A stretch of 64,000 nt of DNA from Macrostomum lignano (GCA_002269645.1 NIVC01000094.1:992001-1056000); one strand, 5' to 3'. Positions 1-14,300 are shown, counted from the stretch's first letter. Numbers and translations are program-made. The notes: generated by a model from the letters alone, not told the origin.

Positions 1-345
1 CTTTAGTGTTTGACATGGTGGCTCTTTTATGTTTGACATGGATTCACGAATATACTTGACATGGTGACTCGATAATGTTAGACATGGTGGCTCTTTAATG
101 TTTGACCTGGTGGCACCCTAGTGTAATGATGGCTCTTTAATGTTTGAAATGGTGGCTCTTTAATATTTGACATGGTGGCTCTTTAATGTTCGACATGGTG
201 GCTCTATAATGTTAGACATGGTGGCTCTTTAATGTTCGACATGGTGGCTCTTTAATGTTAGACATGGTGGCTCTTTAATGTTAGACATGGTGGATCTTTT
301 ATGTTTGACATGATGGCTCTTTAATGTTTTACATTGTGCTTTTTG
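1..345. repeat. 23-bp satellite (TTTGACATGGTGGCTCTTTAATG)n
   Basis: Directly visible tandem repeat; same unit as 8020-10760 and, inverted, 24115-33530. Confidence 0.95.
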
Positions 346-942
346 TTTTTAGCATTTAAAATGTTTTTATTAGGGTTTTTTTAATAAAAAAATCTTTTTG
401 CACTACTAAGCTTTGAACCCAGGTCGCTACATAAGCAGTCCAATCTGTTTGCATCGAGGCTTTCTCTTTTCAATTGGCGAACATGATTTGTGGCCCTTAT
501 AATTCAATGCTTACAGCAAGTTGGTTAGAGTAAAAAGTTATGACATAATCAATTTCTTAGTCAGCCAGTATCAGTGTCAATTTAAGTTAGCAATATTGTT
601 ACGCAATTTCAATCAAGTTGTGTGTGCATTTCTTTGGCACTGTTTTCAACTTGTTGTGATGCAATCTTTATCAGAATTGAAATTCAGTCAGTCAGTTTTT
701 TCTCTAGCATTCTTACAATGCATTTCAGATCGAAAGAGCCGCTTGACCTTTGCAAAAAAGCCTGTTTTTCGAATATTTAATCCCTTTAATATTGAGCAAT
801 TTCTTAGCCAAGATGCATGTACCGTCCCAGGAAAATTTCTGATCGAATGGTGCAAGTTTGAAGAAAATCGGTTGAGCCATTTTTTCTGAAATCTATCGCA
901 TACCTACCCACATACATACAGACAACTCATTTTTAGTATATA
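1..942 (-). mobile_element. Non-autonomous Helitron-like element, family A (partial, runs off the window start)
   Basis: The minus strand begins TATATACTAAAAATGAGTTGTCTGTATG at 942. The ~600-bp head matches 10760-11349 and 23509-24115 and is followed by the same 23-bp satellite. Confidence 0.75.
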
Positions 943-2180
943 CGAGGCCAACTCCTCCTTCGGAGAAGAAAGGGGAAGACCTCCAATCAGCGGAATTCCA
1001 TTCCCTGAACTCCATCAGCGGAATCCCATTTTCCAACACCTCTCCGCGCAACAGAAATCGTCTCCGTGAAACTGAACACTATCGAAATCCTCTCCGTGAA
1101 ACTGAACACCATCGAAATATTCTCCGCGAAATAGAAATCCTCTCCGTGAAACTGGACTAAATCGAAATTTCTACGTCAAACAGCCCAGCTCTCAGAATTC
1201 ATTGGTTAAGGTTAGGGTTAGGGTTAGAGCTACACACAGCTGCGTGTTGAAAGACGCCGTAAAAACATTGAACCAATTAAATTGCGCAACTTATTTCTCA
1301 GGCAGTCAGTATCAGCCTCAGTTAAAGTTAACAAAAAGATTGCGCAATCTAAATCAACCCTCAAATACACAGCAACCGACCCCCTTCCAATACGCAGTGC
1401 AGCTAGAAATTGAACCCCCCCCCTCACCAACTATTGGGGGGTCGGTCGAACCCCCATTTAACTCCAAAATGAGAACAATCTTTGCAGAAAGCTAAAAGTA
1501 TGAAAATCTTTTCTTGAATGCTGTGAATTTAATTTTCATATTTAAAGCAAAAAACTTATATCCCCGAACTCATCGCAGCAAGATCTTTCCAGCAATATAA
1601 GTCTAAGTTCTTTTAAAGTTTTAAGCATTGACTCGAGGCAACAGTTTGCAATTGTTTGAAATGTCCCGATTTAAAGCATTGAAGTATCGAGTGTACGTTC
1701 ACCTGAACCTGCAATCTTTCCAAAAAGGCTCGCATGTTGATGCATTGAATTTCAGTGTGCAAAAAATATCACCGCTCGCCTAATTGAAAATCAGAGCACG
1801 TATCGTTGCGCAATTGTCTATACAGTCAGCCCGTGCGCCAAGGTCCAAGTGTACACACGCCGCCACTGAGAACGCGAGCACCCCCACTGGAGAGAAAATA
1901 CACTGCAGAGATAGGAGAAAGTTATGGCGCAATCGCTCAAAATTCATGCAAATTTTTAGCTCCAAGCAGAAAGAGGGGACAAATAAGATTATCAAAGGTC
2001 AAGATTGCAGTTTTTTGCTTTTTTCGGGATCTTAAAATGTAAAAATAAAAAATTGAAATAGCCCACTGCCATCCTCGGAAAATTTGCAGTTTTCCCATAT
2101 AAGTTTCGACGCTGACTTGCAAGTCGTCTAGGAGGAGATATGTATCACACAGACAAACAACGCACCAGTTTTAGTATTAA
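943..2180 (-). mobile_element. Helitron-like element, family C, copy 4 (~1.24 kb)
   Basis: 5' TTAATACTAAAAC at 2180; 3' hairpin at 952-968 followed by TTGGCCTCG. Homologous to the neighbouring units. Confidence 0.65.
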
Positions 2181-3394
2181 CGAGGCCAACTCCTCCGATG
2201 GAGGAGAAAGGGGAAGAACTCCCATCACCGGAATTCCATTCCCCGAAACCCCTTAGCTGAATCCCATGACCCGAATCCCATCATCAAAACATCTCCAAAT
2301 CCATCAAACTCCTCTCCGCGAAACAGAAATCCTCTCCGTGAAACTGAAAACCATCGAAATCCTCTCCGTAAAACTGGACTCAATCGAAATTTTCTCCGTC
2401 AAAAAGAACTTAACTCTCAGGGTTCAGTGCCATCAGTGGTTAGGGTTAGGGTTAGAGCTGCACAGAGCTGCGGGTTGAAAGGCGCCGATAAGAATATTGA
2501 ATTAATTGAATCAATTTATTGCGCAACCGATTTCTCATTTAGTCAGTATCAGGCTCAGGTAAAGTTAACAAAATGATTGCACAATCTAATTCAACCCTCC
2601 AATACACAGTGGCAGTAAGAAGTTGAACCCTCCCCATAACTTTATCTACGCTCGTATTACGTCTAGCGAAACTAAGTGCAATCTTTGCAGAAAGTTATAA
2701 GTTCGGAAATAGTTTTTTAATGCCGTCCTTTTTGTTTTCATATTTAAAGCAAACAACTTATACCTCCAAACTCAGTGTTGCAAGCTCTTTCCGGCAATAT
2801 AAGTCTCTTCTCTTAAAGTTTAGAACTCGAGGAGCAGTTAACGTTTACAACTTTCCGATTTAAAGCATTGAAATATCGAGTGTACGCTCACCGCCTGTTA
2901 AAGCGACTCGCAAGTTATGCAATGAATTTCACTGTCCTACATACAATACACAGGGCTTCATATTGAAAGGCAGAACAACTTAACAGTAGCCAAATCATTG
3001 CGCAATCATCAATACAGTGCGCCAGCGAGCCAGGGTCCAATTGTACACACGCAGCCACTTAGAACGCCCCATCCCCCAACTGGAGAGAAATGCACTGGCG
3101 AGATAGGAGAAAGTTATGGCGCAAGCAATCAAAATTGATGCATTTTATCAGCTCCGAGCAGAAAGAGGGGACAAATAAGATTATCAAAGGTCAAGATTGC
3201 AGTTTTCTGCTTTTTTAGGGATCTTAAAATGTGAAAATAAAAAATTGAAATAGCCCACTGCAGTCCCCGGAAAATTTGCAGTTTACCCATATAAGTTTCA
3301 ACGCTGACTTGCAAGTATTCTAGGAGGAGTTATGCAACACACAAACAAACAGACAAACAAACAAACAATCATCGCACCAACTTTAGTATTAGGA
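2181..3394 (-). mobile_element. Helitron-like element, family C, copy 3 (~1.21 kb)
   Basis: 5' TCCTAATACTAAAG plus GTTT microsatellite; 3' hairpin CTCCTCC-ATC-GGAGGAG (2190-2206) then TTGGCCTCG. Confidence 0.7.
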
Positions 3395-4629
3395 CGAGGC
3401 CAACTCCTCCTCTGGAGGAGAAAGGGGAAGAACTCCCATCACCGGAATTCCATTCCCTGAACTCCATCAGCTGAATCCCAAGACCCGAATCCCATTATCT
3501 AACTGTTCTCCAAATCCATCAAAATCCTCTCTGTGAAACTGAACACGATCGAAATCCTCTCCGCGAAACAAAAATCCTCTACGTGAAACTGGACCCAATC
3601 GAAAGTTTCTCCGTCAAACAACTAAACTCTCAGGATTCGGTGGTTAGGGTTAGGGTTAGGGTTGGAGCTGCACAGAGCTGCGTGTTGAAAAGGTCCGATA
3701 AAAAATGAGATATTTGAATCAAAAGATTTCGCAATTTACGCTCGTATTTCTAAGTCAGTCAGTATCAGTCTCAGTTAAAGTTAACAAAAATATTGCGCAA
3801 TCTAAATCAACCCTCCAATACACAGCGACCGACCCCCTTCCAATACGCAGTGGCAATTAGAAATTGAACCCCCCAACTGCTGGGGGGTCAGTCGAACACC
3901 ATTGAACTCCTAAAATGAGTACAATCTTTGCAAAAAGTTAAAAGTATGGAAATAGTTTTTCCAATGCAGAGCATTTAGTTTTCATATTTAAAGCAAACAA
4001 TTTATATCCCCGAAATCAGCATTGAAAGATCTTTCCAGCAATATAAGTCTCTCCTCTCAAAGTTAAAAACTCGAGGAACAGTAAACGTTTGAAATTTCCC
4101 GATTTAAAGCATTGAGTTTACGTTCAGTGCGTGCTAAAGATGCTCGCAAGTTTATTCATTGAATTTACTGAATTACTGTCCAACAAATACACAGGGCTGC
4201 CTATTGAAAATCAGAACATATTTTCTGATCAGAACATCGTTGCGCAATTTTCTATAGTCAGTCAGCCCGTGCGCCAAGGTAAAAGTGTACACACGCCGCC
4301 ACTGAGAACGCGACCATCCCCCCACTGGAGAGAAAATACACTACAGAGATAGGAGAAAGTTGTGGCGCAATCGCTCAAAATCATGCAAATTTTCGGCTCC
4401 GAGCAGAAAAAGTGTCCAGAGAAGGTTAGGAAATCAGTTTTCTGCTTTTTTAGGGATCTTAAAATGTGAAAATAAAAAATTGAAATAGCCCACTGCAGTC
4501 CCCGGAAAATTTGCAGTTTCCCCATATAAGTTTCAACGCTGACTTGCAAGTATTCTAGGAGGAGTTATGCAACACACAAACAAACAGACAAACAAACAAA
4601 CAATCATCGCACCAACTTTAGTATTAGGA
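3395..4629 (-). mobile_element. Helitron-like element, family C, copy 2 (~1.24 kb)
   Basis: 5' TCCTAATACTAAAG at 4629; 3' hairpin CTCCTCC-AGA-GGAGGAG (3404-3420) then TTGGCCTCG. Confidence 0.7.
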
Positions 4630-4784
4630 AGGCCAACTCCTCCTTCGGAGGAGAAAGGGGAAGAACTCCCATCACCGGAATTCCATTCCCTGAAATATCC
4701 ATCAACTGAAATTCCATGTCTTGAACCCTATCTTCCAAATCGTCTCCAAATTCTTTACAAAATCTTTGAAAGACCATAGCTCAA

Positions 4785-5665
4785 AGACTCTCACGTCTCT
4801 CATATCTCCTCTCTCTTCTATTCGCTATTATCGTGACTCTCTTCTCTCTCCTCTCTCTCATCTCATCTCTACCCCTACTCCCTTATTTATCTCTTCTCCC
4901 TCGTCTTTCGTTTGTACCCTCTCCTGTCTCTTGTCTCCTCTCTTCTCTCATATCTCTCCTCTTCACTTCTGTCTCCTGTCTCCTCTCTTCTCTCTTATCT
5001 CTCCCTCTTCTCTCCTCTCTCATATGTCATCTCTTCTTACTTATCTATCGTCTCTCTTAACCCTCTCTCTCTTCTCTTTTCTCTCCTATCTGCTTCTCAT
5101 TTCTCATATCTCATATACGCTCTCACACTCTACTTTCTTGTCTCCCATCTTTCTTTCCTCCTTACCACTATCCCCTATCTCTTCTCTTCTCTCTTTTCTA
5201 TCCTCTCCATTCTCTCTTCTCTCCTCTCCTTTCTCATTTCATCTTCTCCCCTCTCTTCTCTAATCTCTAATCTCTTCTCTCTTATGTTCTCACTCATCTC
5301 TTTTCTCATCGCATCTCTCATTTCTCCCCTCTTTTCTCCTCTCTTCTCTCTCCCCTCCTCTCTCATCTCTCATCCCTCATCTCACTCCTTCTTTCTCCTC
5401 TACTCTCCCCTCTTTTCTATTACCTCTGTACGCTCTTATCCCTCATCTCTATTCTCTCTCCTATCATCTCTCTTGTCTCCCTCTGCTATCTCATATCTCC
5501 CCTCTCGTCTCCTCTCTCCTCTTCTCTTCTCTCTCCTTCGTTCCCGCCTTACTCCCCTCTTTTCTCCCATCTGTCATGTCTAATCTCTCGTCTCATTTCT
5601 ACTCTGTTTTCTATCATCTCATCTCTCTTCTCTTTTCATTCTTCTCTTTACTCTCTTCTCTGACT
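4785..5665. repeat. Pyrimidine-rich (CT) low-complexity tract
   Basis: Almost entirely C/T; the overlapping Ser/Leu ORFs are artefacts. Confidence 0.9.
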
Positions 5666-5679
5666 GACTGAAGATGCCA

Positions 5680-6000
5680 AATCCATCAAAATCCTCTCCG
5701 CAAAGCAGAAATCCTGTCCGTTCAAATGAAAACCATCGAAATCCTCTCCATGAAACTGGACTCCTTCGAAATCCTCTCATTGAAACTTAAATCCATCAAA
5801 ATCGTCTCGATAAAACAGAAATCAATCATAAATTATCTCCGCGAAACAGAAATCCTCACTGTGAAGATGAACGTGATCGAAATCCTCTCCGTGAAACTGA
5901 ACACCATCGAAATCCTCTCCACGAAACAGAAATTCTCTCCGTCAAAATTAAAACATTGAAATCGTCTCCGCTAAACTGGACTCAATCGAATTTTTTCCGT
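5680..6000. repeat. ~30-bp internal minisatellite of family C (GAAATCCTCTCCGTGAAACTGAACACCATC)
   Basis: Also present at about 1055-1180, 2300-2400 and 3520-3620. Confidence 0.8.
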
Positions 6001-6026
6001 CAAACAACTCAACTCTCCGGATTCAT

Positions 6027-6058
6027 TGGTTAGGGTTAGGGTTAGGGTTAGGGTTAGA
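6027..6058 (+). repeat. Interstitial telomeric repeat (TTAGGG)n inside family C
   Basis: About five GGTTAG units; the equivalent tract sits at 1203-1228, 2438-2457 and 3642-3665 in the other C copies. Confidence 0.85.
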
Positions 6059-7549
6059 ACGCACAGCTTCGTGTTAAAAGGCACTGATAAAAATATTGAA
6101 CTAATTGAATCAATTCATTGCGCAACCGATTTCACAGTCAGTCAGTATCAGTCTCAGTTAAAGTTAACAAAAACATTGCGCAATCTAAATCAACCCTCCA
6201 ATACACAGCAGCAGTGAGAAGTTGAACCCTCCCCCAACTTTATCTATTACGTCTCGCAAAACTGAGTACAATTTTTGCAGAAAGTTAAAAGTATGGAAAT
6301 AGTTTTTCAAATGCTGTGCATTTTCTTTTCATATTTAAAGCAAAAAACTTATATTCCCGAACTCAGCGTTGCAAGATCTTTCCAGCAATATAAGTCTCTC
6401 CTCTCAAAGTTTAAAACTCGAGGAACAGTTAGCGTTTGAAATTTACCGATTTCCCGACTGCTTGCTAGAGAAGCTCGCAAGTTTATTCATTGAATTTCAC
6501 TGCCCAGCTAATACACAGGGCCGATAATAAAACCAATTGAATCTCGGCACAGTTCTATCTTTTTAAAACAGCTATGTACACTCAGCCCAAGCCCAACCCC
6601 CCCCGTTTCGGGGGAATCATTAAATTTAACTCAACCCCTCAACTAAAATCTTCCTACAATCTTTGCAGGAAGTTAAAAGTATGGAAATCGTTTTTTGAAT
6701 CCCGCGCTTTTAGTTTTCATATTTAAAGCAAACAATTTATATCCCCGAACTCAGCGTTGCAAGTTCTTTCCAGCAATATAAGTCTCTCCTCTCAAAGTTA
6801 AAAAATCCAGCAACAGTCTGAGTTTGAAATTTGCCGATTTATAAGCATTGCAATATTGAGTGTACGTTCATACGTTCACTGCCTGCTAAAGAGGCCCGCA
6901 AGTTTATTCATTGAATTTCACTGTCTAACCAATGCACAGGGCAGTCAATTGAAAGGTGCTGATAATAAAACCAATTGAATCTCAGCACAATAGCCATATA
7001 ATTGCGCTTACTTACCCACCACCCCACGAAATACACACAGTTCAATTTTTCAGCCGGGGTCCGCTTGTACACACGCTGCCACTGAGAACGCGACCAACCC
7101 CACTGGCGAGAAAATACACTACAGAGATAGGAGAAAGTTGTGGCGCAATCGCTCAAAATCATGCAAATTTTCGGCTCCGAGCAGAAAAAGTGTCCAGAGA
7201 AGGTTAGGAAATCAGTTTTCTGCTTTTTTAGGGATCTTAAAATGTGAAAATAAAAAATTGAAATAGCCCACTGCAGTCCCCGGAAAATTTGCAGTTTCCC
7301 CATATAAGTTTCAACGCTGACTTGCAAGTATTCTAGGAGGAGTTATGCAACACACAAACAAACAGACAAACAAACAAACAATCATCGCACCAACTTTAGT
7401 ATTAGGAGAGGACTAGCAATCTTCGCCCCCCGTTGGGGGACATCTGTATAGAATCTCTGTTCTCTACAAGTAACAAAAAGATAGCCAAAAAAAGCCTTCA
7501 CAAAGAAAACAGACAAAATACTCAAAGGAAGTGCAATGCAGAAAGAAAT

Positions 7550-7935
7550 CATCCCAAGACAGCAAGCATCCCCCAGATAGCAAGCATCCTCTAGATTGCA
7601 AGCAACCCTTGGATAGCAAGCATCCCCCAGATAGCAAGCATCCCCCAGATAGCAAGCATCTCCCAGATAGCAAGCATCCTCCAGATAGCAAGCATCCCCC
7701 AGATAGCAAGCATCCCCCAGATAGCAAGCATCCCCCAGATAGCAAGCATCCCCAGATAGCAAGCATCCCCTAGATAGCAAGCATCCCTCAGATAGCAAGC
7801 ATCCCCCAGATAGCAAGCATCCCCCAGATAGCAAGCATCCCCCAGATAGCAGGCATCCCCCAGATAGCAAGCATCCCCCAGATAGCAAGCATCCCCCAGA
7901 TAGCAAGCATCCCCAGATAGCAAGCATCCACCAGA
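7550..7935. repeat. ~18-bp subterminal minisatellite (GATAGCAAGCATCCCCCA)n
   Basis: Tandem array; related arrays at 11590-12110, 15000-15520 and, inverted, 33630-33730. Confidence 0.9.
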
Positions 7936-8019
7936 CAATAAGTAGCTAGTGCGACAATTTCCTTAGCATTATAGTGGCTCCTTTAAAATTCGCTTACTTT
8001 TACGTTTGAAATTGTGTAA

Positions 8020-10760
8020 ATTTTATGTTTGACATGGTGGCTCTTTTATGTTCTACATGGCAACTCTTTTATGTTTGAAACAATGGCTTTTTAATGTCTG
8101 ACATGGTGGCTCTTTTATGTTTTTCATGGTGGCTGTTTTATGTTTGACATGGTGGCTCTTTATTGTTTGACATGGTGGCTCTTTAATGTTTAACCTGGTG
8201 GCACTTTTATGTTTGACACAGTGGCTCTTTAATGTTCGACAAAGTGGCTATTTAATGTTTGACAAGGTGGCTTTTAAATGTTTGACATGGTGGCTCTTTA
8301 ATGTTCGAAATGGTGGCTCTTTAATGTTTGACATAAAGACACATATATGTTTGACATGGTGGCTCTTAAATGTTTGACATGGTGGCTGTTTAATGTTCGA
8401 CATGGTGGCTCTTTAATGTTCTAAATGGTGGCTCTTTAATGTTTGACATGGTAGCTCTTTTATGTTCGACATGGTGGCTCTTTTAGGTTTGACATGGTGG
8501 CTCTTTTAGGTTTGACATGGTGGCTCTTAAATGTTCGACATGGTGGCTCTTAAATATTTGACATGGTGGCTCTTTTAGGTTTGACATGGTGGCTCTTAAA
8601 TGTTCGACATGGTGGCTCTTAAATATTTGACATAGTGGCTCTTAAATATTTGACATGGTGGCTCTTTAATGTTTCAAATGATGGCTCTTTAATGTTTTAC
8701 ATGGTGGCTCTTAAATGTTTGACATGGTAGCTCTTTTATGTTGACATGGTGGTTCTTTTAGGTTTGACATGGTGGCTGGTTAATGTTCGGTATAATGGCC
8801 CCCCTTAATGTTCAACGTAGTGGCTCTTTAATATTCTACATGGTGGCTCTTTTATGTTTAACATGGTGGCTCTTTAATGTTCGAAATGGTGGCTCTTTTG
8901 TTTTACATGGTGGCTCTTTAATGTTTGACATGGTGGCTCTTTAATGTTTGACATAAAGTCCCTTATATGTTCGACATGGTGGCTCTTTATGTTTGACATG
9001 TTGGCTCTTTTATGATTGACATGTTGGCTCTTGTATGTTTGACATGGTGGCTCTTTAATGTTTGACATGGTGGCTCTTTTTTGTTCTACATGGTAGCTCT
9101 TTAATGTTTGACATGGTGGCTCTTTAATGTTTAACATGGTGACTTTTAATGTTTGACATAATGGCTCTTTAATGTTCGACATGGTGGCTCTTTAATATTC
9201 GACATGGTGGCTCTTTAATGTTCGACATAGTGGCTCTTTAATGTTTGACATGGTGGCTCTTTAATGTTTTACATGGTGGCTCTTTTATGTTCGACATGGT
9301 GGCTCTTTATTGTTTGACATGGTGGCTCTTTAATGTTTGACATGGTGGCTCTTTTTTGTTCTACATTTTGGCTCTTAAATTTTCGACATGGTGGCTCTTT
9401 AATGTTTAACATGGTGACTTTTAATGTTTGACATAATGGCTCTTTAATGTTCGACATGGTGGCTCTTTAATATTCGACATGGTGGCTCTTTAATGTTCGA
9501 CATAGTGGCTCTTTAATGTTTGACATGGTGGCTCTTTAATGTTTTACATGGTGGCTCTTTTATGTTCGACATGGTGGCTCTTTATTGTTTGACATGGTAG
9601 CTCTGTTATGTTTGACATGGTGGCTCTTTAATGTTTTACATGGTGGCTCTTTTATGTTCGACATGATGGCTCTTTAATGTTTGACATAAAGTCACATATA
9701 TGTTTGACATGGTGGCTCTTTTTTGTTCTACACGGTAGCTAACTCTTTTATATTTGATACGGTGGCTTTTTTAATGTCTGACATGTTGGCTCTTTTATGT
9801 TTGACATGGTGGCTCTTTAATGTTCGACAAAGTGGCTCCTAAATGTTTGACATAGTGGCTCTTTAATGTTCAAAATGGTGGCTCCTAAATGTTTGACATA
9901 GTGGCTCTTTAATGTTCGAAATGGTGGCTCTTTAATGTACGACATAATGGCTTTTGAATGTTTGACATGGTGGCTCTTTAATGTTCGACATGGTGGCTCT
10001 TCTAGGTTTGACACGAAGGCTCTTAAATGCTTAACATGTTGGCTCTTTTATGTTTAACATGGTAGCTCTTTAATATTTTACATGGCGGCTACTTTATGTT
10101 CGACATGGTGGCTCTTTAATATTCTTCATGTTATAGCTCTTTCATGTTTGACAAGGTGGCTCTTTAATGTTCGAAATAGTGGCTCTTTAATGTTCGAAAT
10201 GGTGGCTCTTTAATGTTTGACATAAAGTCACATATATGTTTGACATGGTGGCTCTTTATGTTTGACATGTTGGCTCTTTTATGATTGACATGTTGGCTCT
10301 TTTATGTTTGACATGGTGGCTCTTTAATGTTTGACATGGTGGCTCTTTTTTGTTCTACACGGTAGCTAACTATTTTTATATTTGATACGGTGGCTTTTTA
10401 ATGTCTGACATGTTGGCTCTTTTATGTTTGACATGGTGGCTCTTTAATGTTCGAAAAAGTGGCTCCTAAATGTTTGACATAGTGGCTTTTTGATGTTCGA
10501 AATAGTGGCTCTTTTATGGTCGACATGGTGGCTCTTTAATGTTCGAAATGGTGGCTCTTTAATGTTCGAAATGGTGGCTCTTTTATGTTTGACATAAAGT
10601 CACTTATATGTTTTACATGGTGGCTCTTAAATGTTTGACATGGTGGCTCTTTATGTTTGACATGTTGGCTCTTTTATGTTTGACATGGTGGCTCTTTTAT
10701 GTTCGATATGTTGGCTCTCTAATGTTCGACATGGTGGCTCTTCTATGTTTGACATTGCGC
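8020..10760. repeat. 23-bp satellite array inside family A
   Basis: About 2.7 kb of tandem TTTGACATGGTGGCTCTTTAATG variants. Confidence 0.95.
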
Positions 10761-11349
10761 TTCTTTTATGTTTAGCAGTTTTGTTTTTAAGGTGTTTTAA
10801 TAAAAAAAATCTTTTTGCACCACTAAGATTCGAACCCAGGTCGCTACATTAGCATTCCAGTCTGTTCGCATCAAGGCTATCTTTTTTAATTGGAGAACAT
10901 GAATTGTGGCCCTTATAATTCAATTCTTACAGCAAGTCAATTGGAGTAAAAAGTTATGACATAATCAATTTCTCAGTCAGCCAGAATCAGTCTCAATTTA
11001 AGTTGGCAATATTGTTACGCAATTTCATTCAAGTCGTGTGTGCATTTCTTCGACACTGTTTTCAACTTGTTGTGATGCAATCTTTATCAGAATTGAAATT
11101 CAGCCAGTCAGTTTTTTCTCTAGCATTCTTACAATGCATTTCAAGTCGAAAATTTGGCTTGACCTTTGCAGAAAAGCATGTTTTTCGAATATTTAATCCC
11201 TTTAACATTGAGCAATTTCTTAGCCAGGATGCATGTACCGTGCCAGGAAAATTTCTGATCAAATAGTGCAAGTTTGAAGAAAATCTGTTGAGCCAATTTT
11301 TCTGAAATCTATCGCATACCGACAGACAACTCATTTTTAGTATATAGGA

Positions 11350-14300
11350 AGCAATCTAGTGCGGCCGCCCTTCGGGGCGCCCAATAAGAAAGGAGCAAAA
11401 ATAGTTCATGGAAAACAATAAAAAAACACATTTTCTTAAACACTAATTCCTTCTTCACATTTTAAAAATCACCTTATTCGTGTAAAATTGTCACGGACTA
11501 AGATGTTTGCAAAATTAAAAAATCACTTTTTCTCTAAAATTAACAAACAGTCAACAAAATATCGTTTCCCTAAATAGAAAATATTCCCAAGACAGCAAGC
11601 AACCCCCTCCAAAAGTGAACAATCGCAGATAGCAAGCATCCTCTAATGCTCATAGCAAGAATCACCACAGATAGCAAGCATCTGCAGATTAGCAAGCACC
11701 CCCAGATATTATAGAAGCATCCACCCAGATAGCAAGCATCCACCCAGATAGCAAGCATCCACCCAGATAGCAAGCATTCTGCAGATAGCAAGCACCCCCA
11801 GATATTATAGAAGCATCCTGCAGATAGCAAGCACCCCCAGATATTATAGAAGCATCCTGCAGATAGCAAGCACCCCCCAGATATTATAGAAGCATCCTGC
11901 AGATAGCAAGCACTCCCCAGATATTATAGAAGCATCCTGCAGATAGCAAGCACCCCCCAGATATTATAGAAGCATCCACCCAGATAGCAAGCATCCTGCA
12001 GATAGCAAGAATCCCTGAATAGCAAGCATCCCTGGATAGAAAGAATCCCATGCATGTAGCCAGTACCCCCTCTCCCAAATAGCAAGTATCCCCCCTCGAG
12101 AGCAAGCATCCACGAGACAGAAAGTAGCTAGTGCAAATGTTACTTCCGCTAATGCAATAATCGCTTTCTCAGGTTGTGCAACAATCCACGTCTCAGCGAG
12201 TGCAATAATCTCTTTTTTAGACAGCGCAGTAATCAGCTTCTCAGCTAGTGCAATAATCCTTGGTTTATTAATAGCAATAATCCTTGATTAATCAAGTGCA
12301 ATAATCCTTGGTTTATCAAGTGCAATAATCCTTGGTTTATCAAGCGCAGTAATCCTTGGCCTATCAAGTGCAATAATCCTTGGCTTATCAAGTGCAATAA
12401 TCCTTGGTTTATCAAGTGCAATAATCCTTGGTTTATCAAGTGCAGTAATCCTTGGCCTATCAAGTGCAATAATCCTTGGTTTGCCAAGAGCAATAATCCT
12501 TAGTTTATCGAGTGCAGTAATCCTTAGTTTTCCAAGTGCAGTAATCCTTGGTTTATTAAGAGCAATAATCCTTGGCTTATCGAGTGCAGTAATCCTTGGT
12601 TTGCCAAGAGCAATAATCCTTGGTTTATCAAGTGCAATACTCCTTGGTTTATCAAGTGCAATAATCCTTGGTTTATCAAGTGCAATAATCCTTGGTTTAT
12701 CAGATGCAATAATCCTTGGCTTATCAACTGCAATAATCCTTGGTTTATCAAGTGCAATAATCCTTGGCTTATCAAGTGCAATAATCCTTGGTTTATCAAG
12801 CGCAGTAATCTTTGGCCTATCAAGTGCAATAATCCTTGGTTTATCAAGTGCAATAATCCTTGGTTTATCAAGTGCAATAATCTTTGGTTCATCAGATGCA
12901 ATAATCCTTGGCTTATCAACTGCAATAATCCTTGGTTTATCAAGTGCAATAATCCTTGGCTTATCAAGTGCAATAATCCTTGGTTTATCAAGTGCAATAA
13001 TCCTTGGTTTATCAAGCGCAGTAATCTTTGGCCTATCAAGTGCAATAATCCTTGGTTTATCAAGTGCAGTAATCCTTGGCCTATCAAGTGCAATAATCCT
13101 TGGTTTATCAAGTGCAATAGTCTTTATTTTATCGAGTGCAGTAATCCTTAGTTTTCCAAGTGCAGTAATCCTTGGTTTATTAAGAGCAATAATCCTTGGT
13201 TTATCGAGTGCAGTAGTCCTTGGTTTATTAATATCAATAATCCTTGAATAATCCAGTGCATTAATCCTTGGCTTATCAAGTGCATTAATCCTTGGCTTAT
13301 CAAGTGCAACATTCTTTACTATCAAGTGCAATAATCCATGGCTTATCAAGTGCAATAATCCTTGGCTTATCAAGTGCAATAATCCTTGGTTTATCAAGTG
13401 CAATAATCCTTGGCTTATCAAGTGCAATAATCCATGGCTTATCAAGTGCAATAATCCTTGGCTTATCAAGTGCAATAATCCTTGGTTTATCAAGTGCAAT
13501 AATCCTTTGTTTATCAAGTGCAATAATCCTTTGTTTATCAAGTGCAATAATCCTTGGTTTATCAAGCGCAGTAATCCTTGGCTTATCAAGTGCAATAATC
13601 CTTGGTTTATCAAGTGCAATAATCCTTGGTTTATCAAGCGCAGTAATCTTTGGCCTATCAAGTGCAATAGTCCTTGGTTTATCGAGTGCAGTAATCCTTG
13701 GTTTTCCAAGTGCAATAATCCTTGGCTTCTTGAGTGCAGTAATCCTTGGTTTGCCAAGAGCAATAGTCCTTGGTTTATCGAGTGCAGTAATCCTTGGTTT
13801 TCCAAGTGCAGTAATCCTTGGTTTATTAATAGCAATAATCTTTGGTTCATCAGATGCAATAATCCTTGGCTTATCAACTGCAATAATCCTTGGTTTATCA
13901 AGTGCAATAATCCTTGGCTTATCAAGTGCAATAATCCTTGGTTTATCAAGTGCAATAATCCTTGGTTTATCAAGCGCAGTAATCTTTGGCCTATCAAGTG
14001 CAATAATCCTTGGTTTATCAAGTGCAATAGTCTTTGGTTTATCGAGTGCAGTAATCCTTAGTTTTCCAAGTGCAGTAATCCTTGGTTTATTAAGAGCAAT
14101 AATCCTTGGTTTATCAAGTGCAGTAGTCCTTGGTTTATTAATATCAATAATCCTTGAATAATCCAGTGCATTAATCCTTGGCTTATCAAGTGCAACATTC
14201 TTTACTATCAAGTGCAATAATCCATGGCTTATCAAGTGCAATAATCCTTGGCTTATCAAGTGCAATAATCCTTGGTTTATCAAGTGCAATAATCCTTTGT

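Larger units (their letters stand above)
4630..7407 (-). mobile_element. Helitron-like element, family C, copy 1 (expanded, ~2.8 kb)
   Basis: 5' TCCTAATACTAAAG at 7407; 3' hairpin CTCCTCC-GAA-GGAGGAG (4637-4653). Contains an internal duplication (about 6270-6420 and 6660-6810) and a CT-rich insert. Confidence 0.7.
7413..11349 (-). mobile_element. Complete non-autonomous Helitron-like element, family A (3.9 kb)
   Basis: 5' TCCTATATACTAAAAATGAG at 11349; 3' hairpin CCCCCAACGGGGG then CGAAGATTGCTAG ending at 7413. These are canonical 5'-TC, hairpin and CTRR-3' Helitron ends. No coding capacity. Confidence 0.85.
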
